A DNA stretch of 63,142 bases from a virus (Duplodnaviria > Caudoviricetes). The position numbers and the translations under genes were made by a program. Location: positions 1 to 63,142 of the IMG/VR virus record IMGVR_UViG_3300021085_000001. The stretch is one strand, 5' to 3'. Shown here one piece after another: positions 1 to 9,000 of the stretch. The notes below the pieces were generated by a model that worked only from the letters and a program-made list of their open reading frames with translations, did not search any database and was not told the origin of the DNA. Every line of letters begins with the position of its first letter. Positions within the stretch are counted from its first letter, which is position 1.

Positions 1-127
1 AGGTTTGGTAATCAGACTTCTATAATACGTTGATAATCAGATAGTTATATGCAACACATTACTTCTATATATGACATATCATTTAATTAGTTCGGTTGCA
101 TTATATTAGATGTTTATTGTGTTTAAC
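1..127. repeat. 127-bp terminal overlap, left copy (circular assembly overlap)
   Basis: Identical to 63016-63142; 127 is a common assembler k-mer length. Confidence 0.95.
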
Positions 128-204
128 TGCGTTATTATTGGTATTATACATGCAAATAATAGGTACCCGCATAGTTTATATATGCGTTTATGATATTTCG
201 CTAC

Positions 205-384
205 CTTATGGACACGTAAGACTATCAATCTTATGTTAGGGCTGCTCATCAGGCAGGTGTCATAGTCGCATTGCCTAGTTCCTTTCAGATACCACCTAGG
301 AAGTGGTTGAGACAGTGAACGTACAGGTCGTTGCATCATTCGTAAGATAGATCGGCTCCCTGTAACCAATAAGGACGGGGAGTC
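205..384 (+). ncRNA. Candidate structured non-coding RNA or 5' leader
   Basis: GC-richer island in AT-rich non-coding DNA; ATCAATCTTATG (224-235) pairs with CGTAAGATAGAT (341-352); hairpin GGCTCCCTGT/ACGGGGAGTC at 354-384; further short hairpins. Confidence 0.35.
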
Positions 385-404
385 CTCTATAATACATCGA
401 CATT

Positions 405-545
405 ATGAAAAAGAGTAAAAGACCAACAGCAACATCACCTTTATTTAAAAAGGACGCGTGTTATCACAAAGTAAAGAAACAATATAAAGTATTTCCAAGT
501 GCATACGCATCTGGAGCTATTGCTAAATGCAGAAAAAACAAATAA
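405..545 (+). CDS. Small basic protein, 46 aa (not in ORF track)
   Basis: Manual translation MKKSKRPTATSPLFKKDACYHKVKKQYKVFPSAYASGAIAKCRKNK; DACYHKVK...PSAYASGA motif recalled from marine phage proteins. Confidence 0.75.
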   Translation: MKKSKRPTATSPLFKKDACYHKVKKQYKVFPSAYASGAIAKCRKNK

Positions 546-548
546 AAG

Positions 549-965
549 ATGAAATTACCCAAGAACGGAGTAGCTAAAGAAATTCGCCACTATGTTGGCA
601 GTTTGTTTATATTTTTATTAGTGATGTCAATTATATTTATTCTAATGAAATACCCAGTTCTAGATACTAATAAAGAGGTGGTCATGATGTTGATTGGTAC
701 AATCAGTGCATCGATAGGACTTGTAGTAAGTACTATTACAGGATCTAAACCAGACGATATAAACGCATTGAAAGCGGCATTAGAAAAGAAAGACTTTCAG
801 ATTGATCAGTTGGTTGTTGCTAAAGATAACCTAGAGCATATGATCATAAACTTACAAAAGCAAATCTTGGAAAACCAAGACGATGTTATGGATAAAATTA
901 TCCTTAAAGCAGCATTGGACTTTGATGATAGAGATGCAGCTTTGAAAGCATTAAAAGATAAATAG
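549..965 (+). CDS. Membrane protein with two TM segments and C-terminal coiled coil
   Basis: Two hydrophobic stretches then a heptad-rich tail; function unknown, possibly lysis accessory. Confidence 0.6.
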   Translation: MKLPKNGVAKEIRHYVGSLFIFLLVMSIIFILMKYPVLDTNKEVVMMLIGTISASIGLVVSTITGSKPDDINALKAALEKKDFQIDQLVVAKDNLEHMIINLQKQILENQDDVMDKIILKAALDFDDRDAALKALKDK

Positions 966-967
966 AT

Positions 968-1126
968 ATGGCATTAACAAAGATAACAGGTGATATACTT
1001 GAAGCAGCTACCATTACGCATTCGCACACTGATAGCTCTATAGCTAAAGTAGTTACACTTACGCAAGCGGCATATGATGCCCTATCAAGTTATGATGCAT
1101 CGACATTATATATAACAACAGAATAA
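968..1126 (+). CDS. Short tail-fibre adaptor, 52 aa (not in ORF track)
   Basis: MALTKITG...TQAAYDALSSYDASTLYITTE; N-terminus matches ORFs 11435 and 12509, C-terminus matches the end of the 1549-aa fibre. Confidence 0.75.
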   Translation: MALTKITGDILEAATITHSHTDSSIAKVVTLTQAAYDALSSYDASTLYITTE

Positions 1127-1127
1127 T

Positions 1128-2087
1128 ATGGGAATTTACTTAGGAGCAAACGCATTAGGAGGTGCAGGCGGTGGTGCCGGTGGAGGTTATGTACCAGGCG
1201 TAGTTGGATTTGAGTTTTTAGCCCTCAGCGGAGGCGGTGCTGGCGCTCTAGGCGGAAGTTATGGCGGCGGCGCGGGCGGTGGCGGAACACTTATGAATTC
1301 ATTTGCATACACATACTTAGACCAAGTCATACCTATTACCGTAGGAGCGGGTGGGGCTCAAGCTGGCTATGCACAATCAAGCGGAGGATCCTCAGTTTTA
1401 GGAGACGGACTATTTGTAACTACTATTTTAGGAGGTGGCGGAGGTACTTATAGTTCTGACCTTACCGACGACTTTGGCACTTGCCCAGGTGGTAGAGGCG
1501 CTATTAACAGCACCGTGACCGGCAAAAGATACGGCAATGGATTTAATAATAAAGGAAAAATTATTGGTGTTTTAGAAACCGCGGAGATTAACAGTAGTGC
1601 TAAAAATATAAACGACACAACAACGCCTTTCACGAACGGTAAAACGAACGGTTTTAGTGGCCCAGGTGGCGCAGGATTAGGAGGTAGTGCTCCAGACGCC
1701 GCTTATAATACAGGAAGCATAGGCGGTATTGGCTTAGACCCGACTACCATAACAGATAGATTCTTAACACAAGCTGAGTTTATATCAGAAGGAATTGGTG
1801 AAGTTACTAGTTCGGTAGCATACATAGGCGGTGGTGGAAGTGGTCACAGAGCTTCAGGTAGAGCAAACCCTCCAGGAGGAGGTGGTGCAGTTAATGTTGC
1901 TGGTTTAGCTAACACCGGAGGAGGTGGAGGATCTGGAGCGTCTGGAAACGGTGGTTCAGGCTTTGTTATGCTTAGGCTACCAACATCACAAAGTGTTACC
2001 ACGACAGGTACAGTTTCTACTTATACAAAAGATAATGATACAGTATATGTGTGGAAGAGCACAGGATCAATCACATTAAATTCTTAA
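1128..2087 (+). CDS. Glycine-rich tail/receptor-binding protein
   Basis: Many GGGG tracts, ITVGAGG, NTGGGGG and GGSGFVMLR motifs typical of phage glycine-rich domains. Confidence 0.65.
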   Translation: MGIYLGANALGGAGGGAGGGYVPGVVGFEFLALSGGGAGALGGSYGGGAGGGGTLMNSFAYTYLDQVIPITVGAGGAQAGYAQSSGGSSVLGDGLFVTTILGGGGGTYSSDLTDDFGTCPGGRGAINSTVTGKRYGNGFNNKGKIIGVLETAEINSSAKNINDTTTPFTNGKTNGFSGPGGAGLGGSAPDAAYNTGSIGGIGLDPTTITDRFLTQAEFISEGIGEVTSSVAYIGGGGSGHRASGRANPPGGGGAVNVAGLANTGGGGGSGASGNGGSGFVMLRLPTSQSVTTTGTVSTYTKDNDTVYVWKSTGSITLNS

Positions 2088-2091
2088 AACT

Positions 2092-2457
2092 ATGGCACAC
2101 TTTGCTCAATTAAACGAAAGCAACGAAGTTGTAAACGTTATTGTTGTAGATAATTCAGATATAACAATTGATGGAATGTCTGAAGAAGAAGCTGGTATTC
2201 AATTCTTAAATTCAATACTACCAAATAAAATTTGGAAACAAACTTCTTATAGTTCAGCATTTAGAAAAAACTTTGCGGGTGTAGGGTATAAATATATGTC
2301 AGACATTGATGCTTTTGTTCCTGCCAAGCCTTATGAAAGCTGGGTACTCAACGAAGCTATAGGTGTCTGGGAGGCTCCCTCTGTTAAACCCGAAGGTAAT
2401 TATGAATGGGATGAATCAACCACATCGTGGATTCAAGGTGAAACACCTGCAGAATAA
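2092..2457 (+). CDS. Conserved partner of glycine-rich fibre proteins (putative assembly factor)
   Basis: MAHFAQL...WKQTSY...FRKNFAGVGY...KPYESW pattern; directly follows the Gly-rich gene. Confidence 0.55.
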   Translation: MAHFAQLNESNEVVNVIVVDNSDITIDGMSEEEAGIQFLNSILPNKIWKQTSYSSAFRKNFAGVGYKYMSDIDAFVPAKPYESWVLNEAIGVWEAPSVKPEGNYEWDESTTSWIQGETPAE

Positions 2458-2717
2458 TGGCAGTGCGCAAAACAAAATCTGGTGCTAATCTTAAACGTTG
2501 GTTTAAAGAGAAGTGGACAGACGAAAAAGGTAATCCTTGCGGATCAACAAAGAATAAAAAGATAAAGAAGTGCAGACCCTCGATAAGAAAGTCGAGTGCC
2601 ACACCTGTAACATGGAAAGAAATGAGTTCTTCTCAAAAGAAAAAAGCAATAGCAGAGAAGAAACGTACAGGTATGGGCAAGCGCACTTCATCTATAAAGA
2701 AAAAGAAAAAGAAATAA
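2457..2717 (+). CDS. Small highly basic protein
   Basis: LKRWFKEKW...CG...KCRPS; Lys/Arg rich; TAATG-coupled to the upstream gene. Confidence 0.7.
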   Translation: MAVRKTKSGANLKRWFKEKWTDEKGNPCGSTKNKKIKKCRPSIRKSSATPVTWKEMSSSQKKKAIAEKKRTGMGKRTSSIKKKKKK

Positions 2718-2718
2718 T

Positions 2719-2856
2719 ATGGGAAAGAAAGGACCAAAAGCGGTACCTAATGCAATCAAAAGCATTTTAGGTCGTAAAGAAAAAGGTATATCAACTACAC
2801 GTAAAGGCCACGGGATTAGTCCTGTTAAGCGCAACAACTACGGTAAAAAAATGTAA
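2719..2856 (+). CDS. Small basic protein, 45 aa (not in ORF track)
   Basis: MGKKGPKAVPNAIKSILGRKEKGISTTRKGHGISPVKRNNYGKKM fills the gap between neighbours. Confidence 0.6.
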   Translation: MGKKGPKAVPNAIKSILGRKEKGISTTRKGHGISPVKRNNYGKKM

Positions 2857-2858
2857 CA

Positions 2859-3101
2859 ATGGATAGATCAGCAAACGAATTACCAGTAACAGCATTGCAC
2901 CGTTTTAATTATGCGCAACCAGCTACCAAACGTTATAATGACGCTGCACAATCTGGGGCTGCTCCAACTAAAAAACTAAAAGATCTTTCTGGTGACGGAA
3001 AAGTAACTCAAAAAGATGTTTTAATAGGAAGAGGCGTTATTGATTCACCTACTAAAAGATTAAAGTTTTGTGGTGGATCTTCTAAGAGCTACAAAAAGTA
3101 A
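2859..3101 (+). CDS. Small basic protein with DLSGDGKVTQKD loop
   Basis: EF-hand/dockerin-like loop; three P-x-K-[KR]-like motifs. Confidence 0.65.
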   Translation: MDRSANELPVTALHRFNYAQPATKRYNDAAQSGAAPTKKLKDLSGDGKVTQKDVLIGRGVIDSPTKRLKFCGGSSKSYKK

Positions 3102-3340
3102 TGCCCCAAAAATTAAGTCCAACAGCAAGGAGAGCTAAAGCAGCTCGTGACCTAGCATACGCGAAAACCCCGAGACGTCGTAAGATGAAAGCGGAGAATC
3201 AAAAAAAACGCCGTGATGCTATTAAGAAAGGTCGAAATGTAAAAGGACTTGATTATGACCACAACGCTAAGAAGTTTATATCTGTAAAAATAAATAGAGG
3301 CGGTCATGGCAAAGGAACTAAAAAATACAACACTAAATGA
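3101..3340 (+). CDS. Small basic protein, possible degenerate HNH-type motif
   Basis: Arg/Lys rich; GLDYDH...SVKINRG. Confidence 0.6.
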   Translation: MPQKLSPTARRAKAARDLAYAKTPRRRKMKAENQKKRRDAIKKGRNVKGLDYDHNAKKFISVKINRGGHGKGTKKYNTK

Positions 3341-3684
3341 AACCATTCACAGCTAAGCGCTCTACATGCACTTGTAGTGCGGATTCGCCTTTAGATCGTA
3401 AAAAATCTAAGGCTCCGTCACGTAAGAAGTCAAAAGGGTATTATGCTAAGGTTAAATCTGGAAGTGGTACAGGTAAAAAAGCTGGAGGCGGTATGACTGC
3501 TAAAGGCGTTGCTAAGTATCGTAAAGATAACCCTGGCAGTAAATTAAAAACCGCAGTAACTACACCACCTTCTAAATTAAAGAAGGGTAGCAAAGCAGCT
3601 AAAAGACGCAAATCATTTTGCGCACGTTCTAAAGGTTGGACTTCAGAAAGAGGTAGAGCAGCTAGACGTAAATGGAATTGTTAA
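3337..3684 (+). CDS. Small basic protein (DUF6321-like)
   Basis: GGMTAKGVAKYRKDNPGSKLKTAVT...RRKSFCAR...RRKWNC. Confidence 0.65.
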   Translation: MKPFTAKRSTCTCSADSPLDRKKSKAPSRKKSKGYYAKVKSGSGTGKKAGGGMTAKGVAKYRKDNPGSKLKTAVTTPPSKLKKGSKAAKRRKSFCARSKGWTSERGRAARRKWNC

Positions 3685-3714
3685 TATAATACTACTATAA
3701 TATAATCTAATCAA

Positions 3715-5310
3715 ATGGCAATACAATTCGGATCTCCACAGATCGTAAAAAATTTAAGCTTCAAGAAAGAAGCAAAAGACAAGTTAATTAGTGGCATAGA
3801 CAAACTAACAGAAGCAGTAGCAAGCACGCTAGGTGCTTCCGGTAGGACTGTCGTTCTTGAAGATGATTTTGGTAATCCTCACGTTACAAAAGATGGGGTG
3901 ACTGTAGCGAACTACATTAACTTAGAAGACCCAGTAGAAAACCTAGGGGTTACTATGCTTAAGCAAGCGTCTCGTAATACTGCTTCAAAAGCAGGAGACG
4001 GAACAACCACCTCAACAGTACTTGCTCAAAGTATCATTAAGAATTACTTTAAGTTAAAAGGCGAAGATTACTCATTCCGAGATATTAAAACAGGGATGGA
4101 CAAATTTATAAAACTAGCTGTTAAAAACTTAAACAAAAAAGCTTTACCTGTCGATGACAAAAGACTTAATCAAGTTTCTGTCATTTCGTGTAATAACGAT
4201 AACGAACTAGGTAATTTTATTGCTGAAGCTTTCCGAGCTGCGGGCGACAATGGAGTCGTTACGATGGAAACTTCACCAACTAACGAAACGTATATTGAAA
4301 CTGTAGACGGAACTCATATTAAGTCTACTAGTAAAAGTATGCATTTCTACACTAATAAAGAGAAAGAAGTGTCGGAACTTGAGAAACCACTAGTATTTCT
4401 ATGTGCCTCAGAAGTAAGTAATATCCGACGTATTCAGAACATATTAGAGTACGCGATTAAGTCCAACAGGTCGCTACTACTCATTGCCCCTTGCGAACAA
4501 CAAATCGTGTCTGCGCTAGCTATGAACCACGTAAAGGGCAATATTAAGTGCAATGTTATTGATCCTCCGTCATTCGGACTAAGACGAAAGGACATTCTCG
4601 ACGACATTGCCCTTCTAACGGGTGCTACAGTTATTGATGAAAGCTTAGGTGATTCATTAGATAATGTCACCCCAGAAGTGTTAGGGTCGGCCTCTAAGGC
4701 TATCATAGATACAGATGGAACTACTATAGCAATTGAAGAAGTTCCTGAAGGAGTAACCGAACGAGTTGAATATCTTCAGTCTCAATTAGATGAAGAAGAT
4801 CATATCGTAATGCGCCCACATTTAGAACAAAGGTTAGCTCTTCTAAACGGAGGAGTATCCATTGTGTATGTAGGCGGGGATACCGAAGTTGAAGTTTCTG
4901 AAAAGAAAGATAGAGTTGATGATGCTATACACGCAGTTCGCGCCGCAAAGAAAGAAGGTATTTTACCTGGAGGTGGTGCAGCGTTAAGTTATGTATCTGC
5001 ATTAACAAAGTTAACGGGCTCTAACGAAGGTGAAGAAGTTGGCATTAATATTATTAGAAATGCTTTGCATTCTCCATTTATGCGTATACTTCAAAATGCT
5101 GGATTGAATCCAGGCGATTATGAAGTAGAAGGATGGGGATACGGTGTTGACGTTATTGACGGAAAAGTTAAAGATATGCGTAGAGCAGGGATTATTGATC
5201 CACTGCTAGTTACCAAGTCTGCATTATTAAACGCTTCTTCGGTAGCTACAACTATTCTTTCAACTGATTGTGTAATCTCAAATATCCGCGACTATGAAAG
5301 CAATAGGTAA
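3715..5310 (+). CDS. groEL: Phage chaperonin GroEL
   Basis: VTKDGVTVA, AGDGTTT, EKKDRVDDAIHA, EGILPGGG, GIIDPL motifs; 531 aa; no GGM tail. Confidence 0.97.
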   Translation: MAIQFGSPQIVKNLSFKKEAKDKLISGIDKLTEAVASTLGASGRTVVLEDDFGNPHVTKDGVTVANYINLEDPVENLGVTMLKQASRNTASKAGDGTTTSTVLAQSIIKNYFKLKGEDYSFRDIKTGMDKFIKLAVKNLNKKALPVDDKRLNQVSVISCNNDNELGNFIAEAFRAAGDNGVVTMETSPTNETYIETVDGTHIKSTSKSMHFYTNKEKEVSELEKPLVFLCASEVSNIRRIQNILEYAIKSNRSLLLIAPCEQQIVSALAMNHVKGNIKCNVIDPPSFGLRRKDILDDIALLTGATVIDESLGDSLDNVTPEVLGSASKAIIDTDGTTIAIEEVPEGVTERVEYLQSQLDEEDHIVMRPHLEQRLALLNGGVSIVYVGGDTEVEVSEKKDRVDDAIHAVRAAKKEGILPGGGAALSYVSALTKLTGSNEGEEVGINIIRNALHSPFMRILQNAGLNPGDYEVEGWGYGVDVIDGKVKDMRRAGIIDPLLVTKSALLNASSVATTILSTDCVISNIRDYESNR

Positions 5311-5554
5311 GTACATCGTAATAACAGAAATTAAAGAAGATTTAAAAAAGACAGAAGGAGGCTTATTATTAGCCGAAAGTCATAGAGAAGATATAAGATA
5401 TAGGACAGCAGTAGTTAACTCCATAGGGACCTCCGTAGAGGGTATACAAGAGGGTGACACTGTTTGGTACGATAGGCATGCGGGACATTCTATAGAAATT
5501 GAAAACAATTTGTTTTCAGTTATACAAGAAAGGGATGTGGTAATAGTTTTATAA
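5294..5554 (+). CDS. groES: Co-chaperonin GroES
   Basis: 86 aa, KTEGGLLL mobile loop, EGDTVWY, adjacent to groEL. Confidence 0.9.
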   Translation: MKAIGKYIVITEIKEDLKKTEGGLLLAESHREDIRYRTAVVNSIGTSVEGIQEGDTVWYDRHAGHSIEIENNLFSVIQERDVVIVL

Positions 5555-6009
5555 TGGATCGTTCAGATTTTTTAGAGCGGGGCGAAGTGAAAGTTGATTT
5601 TTTAAAATACTACAGACTCGTATCAAGATGGGCATGCAAAGAAAATGATTTAACTATATCTGATCTTGAACTATTGTTTTATCTAGATCCTATTAAATAT
5701 TTTACAATACAAGATTTTAAAGACGGGACGTTTTATTATCACTGGGATAAAATGCGATTTTATAGATTGCAAAAAGAAGGTTGGATAAATAAAATACATA
5801 AAGGTAACGGAAGACTTGGAGACCACAATAAATACACTGTGAGCTCCAAGGGTCACCGTTTAATTAAACGTATATATAAAATACTTATAGGACAAGAAAC
5901 ATTACCAGAATCAGCTAGGCGAAGTAAAATAATGCAAAGAAAAACCTACGTTGATAAAGTGTATTCCCAAGCAATTAAAAAATTTAACAAAGAGAACTTA
6001 AATGGCTAG
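5554..6009 (+). CDS. Putative winged-helix DNA-binding protein
   Basis: LTISDLELLFYL...RLQKEGWINK...YTVSSKG resembles a MarR-like wHTH. Confidence 0.5.
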   Translation: MDRSDFLERGEVKVDFLKYYRLVSRWACKENDLTISDLELLFYLDPIKYFTIQDFKDGTFYYHWDKMRFYRLQKEGWINKIHKGNGRLGDHNKYTVSSKGHRLIKRIYKILIGQETLPESARRSKIMQRKTYVDKVYSQAIKKFNKENLNG

Positions 6010-9000
6010 AATAAGCACATACGAACAAGATTCCACGCTAAACAAGCAAGACAAAGTATTAGGTACTGATTCAAGTACCGGTAGTACTAAGAATTTTACG
6101 TTAGATTCTATATTAGGACTTGTAAACGAAGAAAACCTTGTTGAGGTATTTGATGGCGCAGCGTTTGAGTTTCAAGACTACGTTGACCCGGCAAACGATC
6201 CAGAAGGTGTAGTTAATTTAAATGCAGGATCAGCAGCAACAGCTGCTTTTAGTGCTATTAATACTCTATACATTAGTGTTAAAGATAGGTCTGGTAATTC
6301 ATTAGCAGAGTACCTTGAAAACGCTGACAACGATTTTATAAAAATTAGCAAAACTGATAACTTAAACCAGTTTGGTATCTATGAAGTTACCGCTATAACT
6401 GATTTTGGAAACTCAAAATATAAAAAATTAACCCTAACACCACGTGGTACTAACGGCACTTTTAATGTAGGGGATAAGTACTTCGTAGCAAATTACTCTG
6501 CTTTATACGATCAAGACTTTTCAGATGATTCTATAACAGAGTTTGGGGATGTAAGTGATAACTTCTTTACAGGCACAGGCATATCTCAATTGACGAGCGC
6601 AGGTTCTGGGGCTATTATAACACAAGCAGAAAGAAATTCTTTAGCTGGTATAGCGGACGCATTGCTGCACAGTGATGTGGTAAACAACCTAGCTAGCACA
6701 GCCGTAGACGTACCTTTATCCGCAGCGCAGGGTAAAGCGCTAAAAGATTTGATAGACGCTATTAATACTCTTTTAACAAGCGATGAGGTTACTTTAGATA
6801 CTCTACAAGAAGTTGTTGATTACATAGAAACAAATAGAACAACGCTGGATAATTTAGCTATATCTAATATAACTGGTTTACAAAATGCTTTAAACTCTAA
6901 GGAGGATTCTGTAGTGGGCAAAGGTTTATCTGCTAATGACTTTACAGATGCTCTTTTGTCGAAGTTAAACGGTATTGCAACAGAAGCTGAAGTAAACGTT
7001 CAATCTAATTGGGCAGCTGTTTCTGGTGATGCTTTTATTCAAAACAAGCCAACTGATTTAACTAATTTATCTTTATATAATGTTACAGGATTAGCTGACG
7101 TTACTAGCGCTGGGTCTGGTCAGATAATAACTGGCGATGAAAGAACTAAGTTAGGCGGTATTGCTACCGGTGCTCAAGTAAATGTAAAGCCAAACTGGAC
7201 AGCCGCTGCGGGTACAGATGCAGAAATATTAAATAAGCCGACACTAGCGCCGTCCAATGCCGAACAAAACGTTCAGTCGGATTGGGGTGAAGATGATACT
7301 AATTCAGATGCACACATATTAAATAAGCCATCTATAGCGTCAAGCACAACAACAATACAAGTTGCTGGTACGGCTAATGAAATAGAAGTCTCTCCAGCAG
7401 GAGCTCAAGACTTATCTGCGAATAGAGTGTTTACGGTAGGGCTACCTAATGACGTAACCGTAACAAGTGATTTAACGGTAGGCGAAACAATAGAGTTAAG
7501 TAACTCTCAGTCAATCACACCTTCATTTGATAACGGTTTGTACTATTCCACTGAAGACGGGCATGATACATTGCACTTCAGATACCATGGGCAAGACCTA
7601 AGCATAGATCACTTAACTGAAAACATTCCTACTGGTATACTTAATGGGGGTGTGTTATCAACAAACACCTCAACTACTTTTGATATAGGAGCAGGTGACG
7701 GTATAATAAACGTATTAAATAAAAACAATTCAGATCCTCACCCGGAAATAAAGAAAATTGAGTGGGCAGCTACTACGGTTACCCACACACTAGGTGACGC
7801 TGGAAATGCAGATCAGTTAAACACCTGGATATATATTGATCAAACAGGAGCCGTTCAACAAACTTTGTCTAATCTCACCCCTGGTATTTGGAGAAACAAT
7901 ATAGTGATTGGGTCTGTTATACATTCTTCTAACACTATTAGATTTGTTAGAACATTCCCAAGAACAGCATATTCAAGTGGTAACACATATGCTGAATTTG
8001 TAGAAATATTTGGACCTCTTAAAAAGTCTGGTCACTTATTAACAGTGCACCCTACTAATTTAATGCGACTAAATAGAGCGAGCGGTGAATCTTTTGCGTT
8101 GGGTAGAAACTACGTGGTGGATCCATTGAATCCTTCTTTAATATCTGATGGAGCAAGTACTCCGGTATTTCACAGATACTCAAGCACGTCTACCGGATTT
8201 ACTAAAGACAACGGTGTTGGTGGTGCAGGTTTTACTGCTATAGACCCCACTAAATATGATAACAACGGTACATTAACGAGCATGTCCTCTGGTCAGTATA
8301 GTGTGCAAAGATTATATCACTTCCCTAATAACACAAATGTTATTGTTGCTTATTATGGAAAAGCAGAGTACTCTAGTATTGACGAGGCTGAAAAGAATTA
8401 CTTATTAGAAAATTTTCAAGAAGCAAACAACACTTCTACTCAGGCAATTTATTTAGGAGCGCTGATTGTTAAAGGAAATGCAACTGACTTGTCTAATTCA
8501 GGGCAAGCAAAAATATTAACAGGAGGTATATTCAGAAGCTTAACAGCAGCTAACCTAGGAGGAGTAGCGGCTGACTCATCCTTGAGTGACCTAACTGATG
8601 TTAATGTAACAGGACCATCCAATGGTCAAGTTTTAAAATACAACTCTACAACAGGCTTGTTTGAAAACCAAGCGGATGCTGGAGGTATACAGCTAACAGA
8701 TTTATCTGTAGGAACCGAGGGGACGCCATCAGGAAATGGCAGCGTGGAATACAATAACACAACAGGTGTATTCACTTACACTCCCCCAGACGCTAGTGGT
8801 TCTGTTGCAGGTACTACAGGTAAAATAGCTAAATTTACAGGGGCAAACGCTGTTGGAGATTCTTTAATTTCCGAAACAGAAAGCGTATCAGCTGTATCTT
8901 TAACTAAAGTAACTGGGTTTAGTGGAACAGGATTTGCTACATTTCATTCGCAAAGTTTAGGAGGAGGAAGTGCTACGGCAACTGTAGATTGTTCAAGTGA

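Noticed and set aside
1-127. 127-bp terminal direct repeat as a biological DTR
   Set aside because: An exact 127-bp overlap matches a standard assembler k-mer; it indicates circular closure rather than proven physical ends.
106-369. 87-aa minus-strand ORF
   Set aside because: Opposite to local gene orientation, non-ATG start, no motif; region better explained as structured non-coding sequence.
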